NCBI GenBank assembly: GCA_031403995.1
Contig: JANNGS010000036.1
Coordinates: 1,468 to 65,467 of the forward strand
Reading direction: 5' to 3'
Source of the DNA: Thermoanaerobaculia bacterium
GTDB taxonomy: Bacteria; Acidobacteriota; Thermoanaerobaculia; Multivoradales; JAGPDF01
Length of the DNA stretch: 64,000 nucleotides
Shown one piece after another: positions 1 to 9,894 of this stretch. The translations under genes were made by a program, and so were the position numbers. The notes under the pieces are model-generated. The model was given only the letters and a program-made list of their open reading frames with translations, was not told the DNA's origin and did no database searches. The first letter of the stretch is position 1; each line of letters begins with the position of its first letter.

Positions 1-608
1 TCGTCCCGACGGTGGGCTTTGTCGGGCAGTGGCAGGCGTTCTCTCCCGAAGGTCTGCCCCTCAGCCCGATCTCTGAAGTCCTCGGCGGGGGAGATTCCAT
101 CGTCACCTCGGTGGCGCCCGGAGGGCGCTGGGTCATCGGCTGGCAGAGCCTGTCTGTCCCCGGCTCGGGACGTTTCGCCATGGTCGAGCTGGGGTCCTTT
201 CAGGACGGCTGCATCTCGTCCGGCGACGCGCTGTGCCTCACGGGCAATCGCTTTCGCGCCACCGCGACCTTCCACGACCACCTCGGCCGCGACGGCGTCG
301 GGCAGGCGGTGGCGCTCACGCCGGAAAGCGGGACGTTCTGGTTCTTCACCGCGGCGAATGTCGAGCTCATCCTCAAGGTCGTTGACGCCTGCGGGCATCC
401 CGACTTCCGCGACTTCTGGGTCTACGCTTCGGGCCTGACCGACGTCGCGGTGACGCTCACCGTCGTCGACACCTGGACCGGCGAGACCTGGGAACGCGAG
501 ACCGTCCTCGGCGAGCCGTTTCCGCCGGTCCTCGACTCGCAGGCCTTTCACACCTGCGATGCGGCGCCGATCGTCGGCCCGACTGTACAGCCGGATATCG
601 GGCATTGA
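1..608 (+). CDS. Secreted repeat protein, paralog 1 (5' end lies outside the window); C-terminal ~115-aa Cys-containing domain shared with the next gene
   Basis: Open frame from the window start to the stop at 606-608. The last ~115 aa are ~90% identical to the C-terminus of the 654..2285 product (CLTG..ATATFHDHLGRDGVGQAVALTPESGTFWFFTAANVELILKVVDACGHPDF..HTC). The upstream part shows the same 'VIGW' blade-like motif. Confidence 0.55.
   Translation, partial: VPTVGFVGQWQAFSPEGLPLSPISEVLGGGDSIVTSVAPGGRWVIGWQSLSVPGSGRFAMVELGSFQDGCISSGDALCLTGNRFRATATFHDHLGRDGVGQAVALTPESGTFWFFTAANVELILKVVDACGHPDFRDFWVYASGLTDVAVTLTVVDTWTGETWERETVLGEPFPPVLDSQAFHTCDAAPIVGPTVQPDIGH
240..590. repeat. Direct repeat copy A (~340 bp, 3' end of paralog 1), ~90-95% identical to copy B
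   Basis: By-eye nucleotide alignment of 263-585 with 1955-2276. Long identical runs, e.g. cgaccttccacgaccacctcggccgcgacggcgtcgggcaggcggtggcgctcacgccgga. Confidence 0.7.
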
Positions 609-653
609 CCGCGAATTGTGACGAGAAGCTGCAAATCCAATAGGAGAGATTCG

Positions 654-2285
654 ATGTCCATCGCCAACCTTCGCGCCGCTGTTCGGAGCCTTCTCGTCCT
701 CGCACCGCTGCTTGCGTTTTTCGCTCCAGGAGCCGGATGGACTTCGGCTGTCTCGCTCCTGTCGACCGAAGAGGTCCTCTGGAGCTGGTCGATCGAGCAG
801 CGACCGGATGGGCGCTTCACGTTGGCGTGGAGCGAGGGTGTGGACGCGAACGGCGCGATCCAGGTCTGGATACGTCGGTTCAACGCCGTCGGGGTGCCTC
901 TGGCGCCGGCCATCCTGGTCGCGCAAACCGTTGGGATCCCGGGGATCCCGGGCGCGAAGGTGAGCGTGGACGCGCTCGGCAACGAGCTGGTCGTCGTCCT
1001 CTGGCCCCAGGGCGAGGGCGAAACCCGGCGCTACGAGCTTCGCGCTGTCGCTCTCTCCGCCAGCGGCGCGGAGCTCTGGCCCAGCCGGTTGCTCGCCGAA
1101 ATCTCGGAGTCGAACGACTTCATCGCCTCCGTGGACGCCGTCGCTGCGCCGGGAGGCGGTTGGATCGTCGTCTGGGAGGAGTACCACCAGAGCGCCACGG
1201 TGCGTCCCGAGTCGCTCTCGACGCATCTGGCGCTGGCAGACGGAGCGGCCACGCCCCCGATCTCCCTGGGTTCGGTCAGGCAGAGCGTCTACTCCCTCGC
1301 CGTCGCCAGCGATGGTGCGCAGCCCGTCGTGGTCTGGCGCGAGGAGCCCGTGGCCGACGAATTCCGGTGGGTCGCCCGGAGCCTAGACGGGGTCGGCGTG
1401 CCGACCGGACCCGTGGTCGCTCTCGCGCACGCGAGCGGCTCCTCGCTCTCGATCAATGGAACCACCATCAGCGCTCTGGATGTGGGGACCTATTTCGTTT
1501 CCTGGTCGCAAGTCGACTACGGGGCTCCGGGCGACACCCGCGGCCTGACGTATTCTCCTGGCGCCCCGGTGTCGCCTCCCGTCGATCTCGTTCACCAGGT
1601 TGGAACCGAGTGGACGCTCAGCGCGTCGGTCGCCGTCGATCGACAGGGGAGGGCGATGATCGCCTGGGTCGAGTCGCCGCCCGGTTCGCCCTACCCGACG
1701 ACCGTCGTTCGGCAGGGGCGTTCCACTACCGGAGCGGCGCTGTCCGAGATCGTCACTGTCGCCGCTTTCGCTGGGATGACCGCTCCCCTCGTGTCGATGA
1801 CCGAGACCGGCTCGTGGATGGTCGCCTGGACGAGGCCGTGGAATCCGGGGATCCCTCAGCTCGCCGGTGTCAACGCCGAATTCGGCGCCTTCCCGACGGA
1901 TTGCGAGCCGAACGCGACGACGCTCTGTCTGACCGGCGGACGATTCAGCGCTACGGCGACCTTCCACGACCACCTCGGCCGCGACGGCGTCGGGCAGGCG
2001 GTGGCGCTCACGCCGGAGAGCGGGACGTTCTGGTTCTTCACCGCGGCGAATGTCGAGCTCATCCTCAAAGTCGTCGACGCCTGCGGGCATCCCGACTTTC
2101 AGGACTTCTGGGTCTATGCGTCGGGGTTGACCGATGTCGAGGTGACGCTCACCGTCGTCGACACCTGGACCGGCGAGGTCTGGGAGCGCGAGACCGACCT
2201 CGGCGAGCCCTTCCCGCCGGTCCTCGACTCGGGGGCGTTTCACACCTGCGAAGCGGTGCCGATCGTCGGCCCAACGGAGCGCTGA
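654..2285 (+). CDS. Secreted protein with seven ~57-aa 'hhhhW' repeats (beta-propeller-like) plus a conserved Cys-containing C-terminal domain, paralog 2
   Basis: ATG at 654 preceded by AGGAGAG (643-649). N-terminal signal peptide MSIANLRAAVRSLLVLAPLLAFFAPGAG. Regularly spaced strand motifs: TLAW, VVVLW, WIVVW, PVVVW, YFVSW, AMIAW, WMVAW. C-terminal domain nearly identical to that of the upstream gene. Confidence 0.6.
   Translation: MSIANLRAAVRSLLVLAPLLAFFAPGAGWTSAVSLLSTEEVLWSWSIEQRPDGRFTLAWSEGVDANGAIQVWIRRFNAVGVPLAPAILVAQTVGIPGIPGAKVSVDALGNELVVVLWPQGEGETRRYELRAVALSASGAELWPSRLLAEISESNDFIASVDAVAAPGGGWIVVWEEYHQSATVRPESLSTHLALADGAATPPISLGSVRQSVYSLAVASDGAQPVVVWREEPVADEFRWVARSLDGVGVPTGPVVALAHASGSSLSINGTTISALDVGTYFVSWSQVDYGAPGDTRGLTYSPGAPVSPPVDLVHQVGTEWTLSASVAVDRQGRAMIAWVESPPGSPYPTTVVRQGRSTTGAALSEIVTVAAFAGMTAPLVSMTETGSWMVAWTRPWNPGIPQLAGVNAEFGAFPTDCEPNATTLCLTGGRFSATATFHDHLGRDGVGQAVALTPESGTFWFFTAANVELILKVVDACGHPDFQDFWVYASGLTDVEVTLTVVDTWTGEVWERETDLGEPFPPVLDSGAFHTCEAVPIVGPTER
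1925..2280. repeat. Direct repeat copy B (3' end of paralog 2)
   Basis: Same as copy A. The repeat covers only the C-terminal domain-coding portion of both genes, which suggests gene conversion or a recent duplication. Confidence 0.7.
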
Positions 2286-2305
2286 GAGCGCCGAAGTCGT
2301 TCGGC

Positions 2306-2590
2306 TCAGTAGTGGTACCTGGCCTGCAGGAAGTGGATGCGCACCGGGGTGACGAGGTAGACGAGACGGTGTTCCTGGGTCAAGCGGCGGGACCAGGCGC
2401 CGGCGAGTTGGTACTTCAGCGGTTCAGGCTGGCCGATGCCGGCGAACGGGTCGCGCAGCACCGCTTCGACCAGGCGCAGCAGCCGCAGGGCCGTGGCCCG
2501 GTCGGTCTCGACCCACCAGGCGAGGTCGGCCAGGAAGTCCCGGTCGAAGAGCGCTTCGCGCTCCGCGCCGGTGCTACTTTGCCGACTCAA
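2306..2590 (-). CDS. yoeB: Type II toxin YoeB/Txe family (mRNA interferase)
   Basis: 94 aa. GQPEPLKYQLAGAWSRRLTQEHRLVYLV...ARYHY matches the YoeB hallmark (GKPEPLK..LSGFWSRRIT.EHRLVY...RYHY). Overlaps the upstream antitoxin gene by 17 nt. Confidence 0.85.
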   Translation of the reverse strand: MSRQSSTGAEREALFDRDFLADLAWWVETDRATALRLLRLVEAVLRDPFAGIGQPEPLKYQLAGAWSRRLTQEHRLVYLVTPVRIHFLQARYHY

Positions 2591-2861
2591 TTCCGGCGCG
2601 CTTCCTGAGCTGCGGCGGGGTCAACCGGTTGCCTGCGCCCTTGCGGGCGCGAGCGACCGCCGCGAGAAGCCGCTTGGCGTTGGCGGGGGAGCGCAAGAGG
2701 TGCGCAGTCTCTTCGAGCCCCCGCAGCTCGGAGGCGGCGATGAGAGCGACGGTCGGCGCTCCGCGCCGGGTGATGTAGATCGGCTCCGCGCCCTCTGCCA
2801 CCTCATCGCAAAGCGACGCCAGCCGGGCGCGGGCGGCGGAATAGCTGGTCTCTCTGGCCAT
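2574..2861 (-). CDS. yefM: Type II antitoxin YefM/Phd family
   Basis: ATG at 2861 (MARETSYSAARARLASLCDEVAEGAEPIYITRRGAPTVALIAASELRGLEETAHLLRSP...). Phd/YefM fold signature. Sits immediately upstream of yoeB in the same orientation. Confidence 0.8.
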   Translation of the reverse strand: MARETSYSAARARLASLCDEVAEGAEPIYITRRGAPTVALIAASELRGLEETAHLLRSPANAKRLLAAVARARKGAGNRLTPPQLRKRAGIESAK

Positions 2862-2865
2862 GCTC

Positions 2866-2890
2866 CAATTGTACAACAACCCTGTACGTG
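2866..2890 (-). promoter_or_regulatory. Putative YefM-YoeB operator: TGTACA-core palindromes (TTGTACAA at 2869-2876, TGTACG at 2883-2888, centre spacing ~13 bp)
   Basis: Seen directly in the sequence just upstream of the yefM start. E. coli yefM-yoeB autoregulation uses paired repeats with a TGTACA core (recalled, not checked). Confidence 0.4.
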
Positions 2891-2929
2891 CCGTTCGACG
2901 TAGGAGGAAAAGAATGTTGCGCGCTCGCG

Positions 2930-3316
2930 TCAGGCTTCGCCCTCGGGTACGTCGAGGCGGAACCGGCGGCCGCGGGAGCCGGCGTTCCAGCCGCACGAGA
3001 TGGCGTAGGCGATCGATTTCTGGAGGGCCTCCTCGAGCCTCTCGGGCTCCGGCGTCTTCTGTCCGAAGAGGGCGTAAGGCAGATCGAGGATGAGCTCGCG
3101 GGTCTGATGGCGCAGCAGCCAGACGGAGTAGGAGGGCCCGCGATTCTCGCCTTCCGCGGTCACCCCCCAGACGTGGCGGAGCTCCCACTGAAAGATCTCT
3201 TCGCCGACCGCGACCGAGTTGCGGGCCGGATCCGGAGGCAGGCGCCGCAGATGCGTTCCGCGCGAGCGCTTTCCGCGCGGGGGCCGGCCCCCGGGGTCGG
3301 TCGTGTCAGTCGCCAT
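2930..3316 (-). CDS. Hypothetical protein (128 aa), no recognisable domain
   Basis: Only an ORF lying between the toxin-antitoxin module and the SBP-LysM gene in the same orientation. Could be a high-GC artefact. Confidence 0.25.
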   Translation of the reverse strand: MATDTTDPGGRPPRGKRSRGTHLRRLPPDPARNSVAVGEEIFQWELRHVWGVTAEGENRGPSYSVWLLRHQTRELILDLPYALFGQKTPEPERLEEALQKSIAYAISCGWNAGSRGRRFRLDVPEGEA

Positions 3317-3358
3317 TCCCCGAAGTCTACGGGAATCCCGGATTGCCGGGTGCGCGGA

Positions 3359-4327
3359 CTACCTCGCCGGGAGCACGAGCTCCCAGCCGATGTCGATCAG
3401 GTTGGGGTCGGCGATGCGGTTGCGGTTGGCCTCCCAGATCTCGGGCCAGCGCCGCATGTTCCCCAGCTGGTCGCGGGCGATACCGGAGAGCGTGTCGCCG
3501 GGACGCACCTTGTAGACGCTCTGGCCGGCGGCGACCTTGGTCACCGGCGCCGGGCCGGTGCCGCCGAGGTACTTGCGCACGATCTGGCGATACTCGTCCG
3601 AAGCCTTGAGGCTGCGGACGGCCGAGTTGACCATCTTCAGCAGCGTCGCCGCACCGCGGCGCACCCCGACGTTGTAAGTCGACTTCGAGAGGTTGAACTC
3701 GACGATCTCCAGCCGGCCGTCGAAGTCCTTGATCTCCTCCTGGGCGTAGGGGAAGTCGTAGATGAAGCCGTCGATCTTGCCCTGGTCGAGGAGGTCGAAG
3801 TAGCCGTCTTCGTACTTCTCGATTCGCGACTGCCCGAGACTCATTCCCTTGACCTCGTCCTCGGCCGCCGGATCATTGAAGATGCCGATCACCTTGCCGC
3901 GCAGATCGCCGGTCGACCGGATGCCGCGGCCTTTCTTGACCACCAGGCAGAGGCCGTAGTCGAGATAGGCATCGGACCAGTCGACGCCGGTGATCGAGTC
4001 GTCGGCGGTGTAGCCCGAGATGATGACGTCGGCCTTGCCGGCGATGAGGCGGGCCGGCAGCTCCGAATACTTGCCGGCGACGATGACTACGTCGTCCACG
4101 CCGATCCGCTTGGCGACCGCTTTGGCGATCGCGTAGTCGAAGCCGTCGTAGCGGTTGCCCTCCTTGAAGAGCATCGGCGGCGTGCCGGGCTCCGCGGCGA
4201 CGCGGAGCACGCCGGCGTCGATCACCTTCTGCAACGAATCGTCATCGGCGGCGATGGCGGCACCGGAAAGAAAAAGAAAAGCACAAGCTCCAGTAAAGGA
4301 AAAAACCACTGCGGCTCTCTTGGTCAT
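3359..4327 (-). CDS. ABC-type amino-acid substrate-binding protein (SBP_bac_3-like) fused to a C-terminal LysM domain
   Basis: Signal peptide MTKRAAVVFSFTGACAFLFLSGAAIA. Periplasmic-binding-protein family 3-like body (DGFDYAIAKAVAKRIG..GKADVIISGYT). C-terminal YKVRPGDTLSGIARDQLGNMRRWPEIWEANRNRIADPNLIDIGWELVLP is a classic LysM. Confidence 0.8.
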   Translation of the reverse strand: MTKRAAVVFSFTGACAFLFLSGAAIAADDDSLQKVIDAGVLRVAAEPGTPPMLFKEGNRYDGFDYAIAKAVAKRIGVDDVVIVAGKYSELPARLIAGKADVIISGYTADDSITGVDWSDAYLDYGLCLVVKKGRGIRSTGDLRGKVIGIFNDPAAEDEVKGMSLGQSRIEKYEDGYFDLLDQGKIDGFIYDFPYAQEEIKDFDGRLEIVEFNLSKSTYNVGVRRGAATLLKMVNSAVRSLKASDEYRQIVRKYLGGTGPAPVTKVAAGQSVYKVRPGDTLSGIARDQLGNMRRWPEIWEANRNRIADPNLIDIGWELVLPAR

Positions 4328-4357
4328 GACGTTCGATCTCCTCTACTTTCAGTAGGC

Positions 4358-5230
4358 CTATTGCTGCGACTTCGCGCAGCGGAAGCCGAGGCTCGAGCTG
4401 CGGTCGGTGGGGGATTTCGGAATCCGGTTGTAGGTCCGGCCGTCGGAGAGCTCCCAGGAGTCCCAGGAGCCGCCGGCCACCAGACGCAGGTCGGGCTCTT
4501 CCTCGCTCGCCGAGGCGGTCCATTCGCTGACGTTGCCGGCCATGGCGAGGACGCCGTAGGGACTGCGGTCGCGGCTGTACCGGCTGTCGGTGACCGGCCA
4601 GGTCGGAATCTGCTTCGCGGCAGAGGTTTTCTCGTCGTGGCGGTCGGCGCCGAGGATGTTGGCGGTCGCCGGATCGAGGACGTTGCCCGTCGGGAAGGAG
4701 CGGCCGTCGGTGCCGCGGGCCGTCTTCTCCCACTCGATCGCGGTCGGCAGCCGGCCTCCCGACCAGCGGCAGAAGCTCGCCGCCTCGCTCCAGGCGACGA
4801 AGACCACCGGATTGTCGCGATGGCTGGCGAGGTAGGCGCGATCTTCCCAGTAGGAGGGGAGCTCTCGCGGTCCGCAGGCGCTGCCGCGGGGGCAGGCGGC
4901 GAGGAACTCCTCGTAGCGTCCGTTGGTGACCTCGGTGCGCTCGATCGAAAACGCCGGCACGTCGATCTCGGCCTGGTCGGCGCCGGAAGCGAAGAGCCCG
5001 GCCCGAACGGCGATCCAGGGAAGGTTCGACGCCGGCGGCTCGGGCGCCGGGCGAGCCTTCTCGGCCGGCTTCGACTCTGACTGGTTCTGCGGCCGGATCT
5101 CCGTCCCGGGGACCGCTTTTGGACGGTTCCAGGGCAACTGCTCGGGCGGGACGAAGCGGTAGACCGCGGTTCCCACCAGCCCGAGACCGATCAGGAAGAG
5201 GAGGAGCTTACCGAGCGGCGTCAACTTCAT
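4358..5230 (-). CDS. FGE-sulfatase (SUMF1/EgtB/PvdO-like) domain protein with N-terminal membrane anchor
   Basis: N-terminal TM segment (LLLFLIGLGLVGTAVY) and a Pro-rich linker. ERTEVTNGRYEEF, RLPTAIEWEKTARG, GNVSEWT, GGSW and LGFRC are formylglycine-generating-enzyme fold motifs. Confidence 0.8.
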   Translation of the reverse strand: MKLTPLGKLLLFLIGLGLVGTAVYRFVPPEQLPWNRPKAVPGTEIRPQNQSESKPAEKARPAPEPPASNLPWIAVRAGLFASGADQAEIDVPAFSIERTEVTNGRYEEFLAACPRGSACGPRELPSYWEDRAYLASHRDNPVVFVAWSEAASFCRWSGGRLPTAIEWEKTARGTDGRSFPTGNVLDPATANILGADRHDEKTSAAKQIPTWPVTDSRYSRDRSPYGVLAMAGNVSEWTASASEEEPDLRLVAGGSWDSWELSDGRTYNRIPKSPTDRSSSLGFRCAKSQQ

Positions 5231-5305
5231 CGTGGGTCTCCTGATTCTCCGGCAGTTGCGACGACAGCGACAACGAGGACGGCTTCCCTGGGGTCATGCG
5301 CGATG

Positions 5306-6729
<1,424 letters not shown>

Positions 6730-6733
<4 letters not shown>

Positions 6734-8115
6734 GGGTGAAGCCGCGAGAGCAGGAGCGTCGCCGTGCCGAGGAAGGCGAGGAAGCCGGAGACGTCGGTGG
6801 CGGTGGTGACGAAGATCGAGCTGCCGAGGGCCGGGTCGAGGTTGAGTCGTCGCAGAACGAGCGGCACGCCGGCGCCGAAGAAGCCGGCGATGGTCAGGTT
6901 GACCGTTTCGGAGAAGAACAGGATACCGGCGAGGACCGCGTTGCGTTCCCACGCCAGCGCGACGAGCCCCAGCACGACACCGGTCGCGGCGCCGTTCATC
7001 AGCCCGACCAATGTCTGGCGGAGCAGGACTCCGCCAGCGCGCCGCATGTCCATCTCGCCGAGCGCCAGGGCGCGCACCATGACGGTGAGTGTCTGCGTCC
7101 CGGCGTTGCCACCCATGCCGGCGACAATCGGCATGAAGACCGCCAGCACGACGTATTTCGAGATCGTCGCTTCGAACTGGCTGACGACAGCGGCAGCCAG
7201 GAAGGCGGTGGCGAGGTTGACCAGCAGCCACGGAAGCCGCAGTCGCACCGAGCGCACGGCCGGCGTCGCGACTCCTTCCTGCACGCTCAGGTTGGCCAGC
7301 CGGTAGAGGTCCTCCGTGGCCTGCGCCTCGACCACATCGAGCACGTCGTCGACGGTGATCGCGCCGGTGAAGCGCCCTTCGCTGTCGACGACCGGAATCA
7401 TCAGCAGGTCGTAGCGCGAGAAGACCTGCGCGACCTCCTCCTCCGGGGTGTCGACCCGCACGGTGACGACCTCGGTCGACATGATCTCGCGCAGCGGCCG
7501 ATCGGCGGAAGCGGTGACCAGTTGCCAGAGTGAAACGATGCCCAGGAGGTGAAACCGCTCGTCGGTGATGTAGAGATAGAAGAGCCGGCGGCCCTCGGCG
7601 AGATGCCGCACCTGTTTGAGGGTAAGGTCGACCGTCTGTTCGGCTGAGAAGTGCGGGGCTTCCGGATCCATCAGACCGCCGGCGGTCGCGGCGCCGTAGT
7701 GCATGAGGTTGGCGAGCTGGCCGGCCGCCGGCCGGTCCATGAGCGCCAAAACCGCCTGCGCCCGTTCGGGTTCGAGGCGCTCGAGCACGTCCACCGCGTC
7801 GTTGGGGGAGATCTGGCGGAGGAGACCGGAGAGCGCGTCGTCGTCGAGCTTCGCCAGGACGGTTGCCTGGGTCTCCGGTCCGAGCTCCGCCAGAGTGCGG
7901 CCGGCGAGCTTGAGCTCGACCAACGTCTCCATGAGCCTGTCCTGCTCGACGGGTGTCAGCAGCGGAACGAGACGTGCGAGATCGGCCGGGTGGAGCCGGG
8001 CGAGAAGGCGCCGCGCCGGCCGCTGCTCCGGATGCCGCAAGAGGCGCAGGATCAGGCGCTGCCGATGACTCCCGGCGGCGCTGCGGCGAGCGCTCGCGAT
8101 GGCCTCGTTCTGCAC
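6730..8115 (-). CDS. mgtE: Magnesium transporter MgtE (copy 1)
   Basis: MgtE_N region, tandem CBS domains, and the C-terminal TM domain with GMGGNAGTQTLTVMVRALALGE. GTG start at 8115. Confidence 0.85.
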
Positions 8116-8140
8116 GAGGTGGATGTTAGAGTAAATCGCG

Positions 8141-8974
8141 ATGATCCAAGAGCTTTTTCATATCGGCCCGATCGTGATCAGTCCATTCGGCGTGCTTCTG
8201 GTACTGGCGTTTTTCTCCGGCTACCTGCAGTTGAAGCGCGGCATGAAGCTCCTGGGCCTCGGCAATGAAGAGGACGCCAGCACCATCCTCTTCGCCGCCG
8301 GAGTGGGGGGAATCGCCGGCGCCAAGGCCTACTACGCGATCCTCTACGGCGACTGGCACCTTCTGTTCGACCGCTCCGGGCTCGTCTGGTACGGCGGTTT
8401 CATCGTCGCGACGGCGGCTGTCCTGTGGGTGATCCGGCGGCGGCAGCTGCCGTTCTGGCCGCTTCTGGACGCCGCGACTCCGGCGCTCGCGCTCGGCTAC
8501 GGCGTGGGGCGAATCGGCTGCTTCCTGGTCGGCGACGACTATGGGCGTCCGAGCGAGCTGCCCTGGGCGATCGCCTTTCCGAACGGCCTCCCCCCGACGA
8601 CCGCCGGCTACCTGCGCTCGGAGTTCGCGCTGGCGATACCGCCCGGCGTTGCGGACGACCAGCTGCTGCGCGTTCATCCGACGCAGCTCTACGAGACGGC
8701 ACTCGCCTTCGTCATCGCGTGGATCGGCTGGCGGATGCTGCGCGGTCCACAGGGGAAGCAGGCCGGCCGGACGGCGCTCGCCGTTTTCGCCGCGCTTGCC
8801 GTCGAGCGCTTTCTGGTCGAGTTCGTGCGCGTCAAGGACGACCGTCTCCTCGCCGGATTGACCGTCGCGCAGGCGATCAGCCTCGGGATGCTCGTGCTGC
8901 TCCTGGCGCTCTGGGCGGGGCGCCGCAAGGTCTGGATACGCGATGCGTCACCAGCGCGCGCGGAACGGGTTTGA
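8141..8974 (+). CDS. lgt: Prolipoprotein diacylglyceryl transferase
   Basis: GYGVGRIGCFLVGDDYG and HPTQLYE signature motifs. Multi-pass membrane protein. Confidence 0.85.
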   Translation: MIQELFHIGPIVISPFGVLLVLAFFSGYLQLKRGMKLLGLGNEEDASTILFAAGVGGIAGAKAYYAILYGDWHLLFDRSGLVWYGGFIVATAAVLWVIRRRQLPFWPLLDAATPALALGYGVGRIGCFLVGDDYGRPSELPWAIAFPNGLPPTTAGYLRSEFALAIPPGVADDQLLRVHPTQLYETALAFVIAWIGWRMLRGPQGKQAGRTALAVFAALAVERFLVEFVRVKDDRLLAGLTVAQAISLGMLVLLLALWAGRRKVWIRDASPARAERV

Positions 8975-8979
8975 CCGCC

Positions 8980-9894
8980 TTGAGCCCTCGCGCTTCCGGC
9001 CCGGCCGACCTGCCGCGCCTGCTCTCGATCGCCGGCTCGGACTCGAGCGGCGGAGCGGGAATCCAGGCCGACCTCAAGACCTTCTGTGCCCACGGCGGCT
9101 ACGCCATGACGGCGATCACCGCCATCACCGCCCAGAACACGCTGGGGGTGACGGCGGTGCAGGCCCTTCAGCCGGCGCTTGTCGCGGCCCAGATCGATGC
9201 CGTCTTCGCCGATCCGGGAGTCGATGCCGTGAAGATCGGCATGCTCGCCGAAGTCGGCATCATCGCCGCGGTCGCCGGCAGTCTCCGCAGGTTCGCCACC
9301 GGTCAGAGTCTGCCGATCGTGCTCGATCCGGTCATGATCGCCAAGAGCGGCGATCCGCTGCTCGATGCCGATGCGGTCGACCATCTGCAGCGCCTTTTCC
9401 CGCTGGTGACCCTGGTGACCCCCAACCTGCCCGAAGCCGAACGGATCGAGCGCCCTGCGGGCCGGTCGACGGCGGCCGCGAGCGCTTCGACGGTCGAGGC
9501 CCGCGAGCGCCTGGTGAGACGGCTCGGCGACCGCTGCGCGGCGGTCCTCCTCAAAGGAGGGCACGCGGCAGGGGCGGCTGGGGAGGACTTGGTGGACCTG
9601 CTCTGGGACGGTTCGAAAGTTCACGCTTTCGTCCATCCCCGGATCGCGAGCCGCTCGACCCACGGCACCGGCTGCAGCCTCTCCTCGGCGATCGCGGCCC
9701 GGCTCGGACGGGGAGAGAACCTCGTCCAGGCGGTCTCGGGAGCGATTGACTGGCTGCACGAAGCGATCGCCCGCGCGATTCCGATCGGCGCCGGCGTGGG
9801 GCCGGTCGACCACTTCTGGCGCCAGCGCCCGGAGGCGGCTGGCGTCGCGGCGGGCGTCGAGGCCGGTAGCCAGCAGGGCGGATGTCTGGCGTGA
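8980..9894 (+). CDS. thiD: Hydroxymethylpyrimidine/phosphomethylpyrimidine kinase ThiD (non-ATG start, start uncertain)
   Basis: LSIAGSDSSGGAGIQADLKT, VKIGML and GTGCSLSSAIAARL motifs. The ORF's 5' extension overlaps lgt. In-frame TTG codons at 8971/8980 are the likely starts. Confidence 0.75.
   Translation: MSPRASGPADLPRLLSIAGSDSSGGAGIQADLKTFCAHGGYAMTAITAITAQNTLGVTAVQALQPALVAAQIDAVFADPGVDAVKIGMLAEVGIIAAVAGSLRRFATGQSLPIVLDPVMIAKSGDPLLDADAVDHLQRLFPLVTLVTPNLPEAERIERPAGRSTAAASASTVEARERLVRRLGDRCAAVLLKGGHAAGAAGEDLVDLLWDGSKVHAFVHPRIASRSTHGTGCSLSSAIAARLGRGENLVQAVSGAIDWLHEAIARAIPIGAGVGPVDHFWRQRPEAAGVAAGVEAGSQQGGCLA

Noticed and set aside
2888-5080. 730-aa plus-strand ORF spanning the SBP-LysM and FGE genes
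   Set aside because: Antisense to two minus-strand genes with clear domain content. Low-complexity Ala/Arg/Gly-rich translation typical of wrong-frame ORFs in ~70% GC DNA.
8116-8140. Possible TPP riboswitch upstream of thiD or M-box upstream of mgtE
   Set aside because: No leader space. thiD abuts lgt, and mgtE copy 1 has a 25-bp divergent spacer. No CUGAGA or M-box motifs seen.
8425-8979. 5' extension of the thiD ORF across lgt
   Set aside because: Overlaps lgt in another frame with no ThiD-like sequence. The ThiD homology begins right after the lgt stop.
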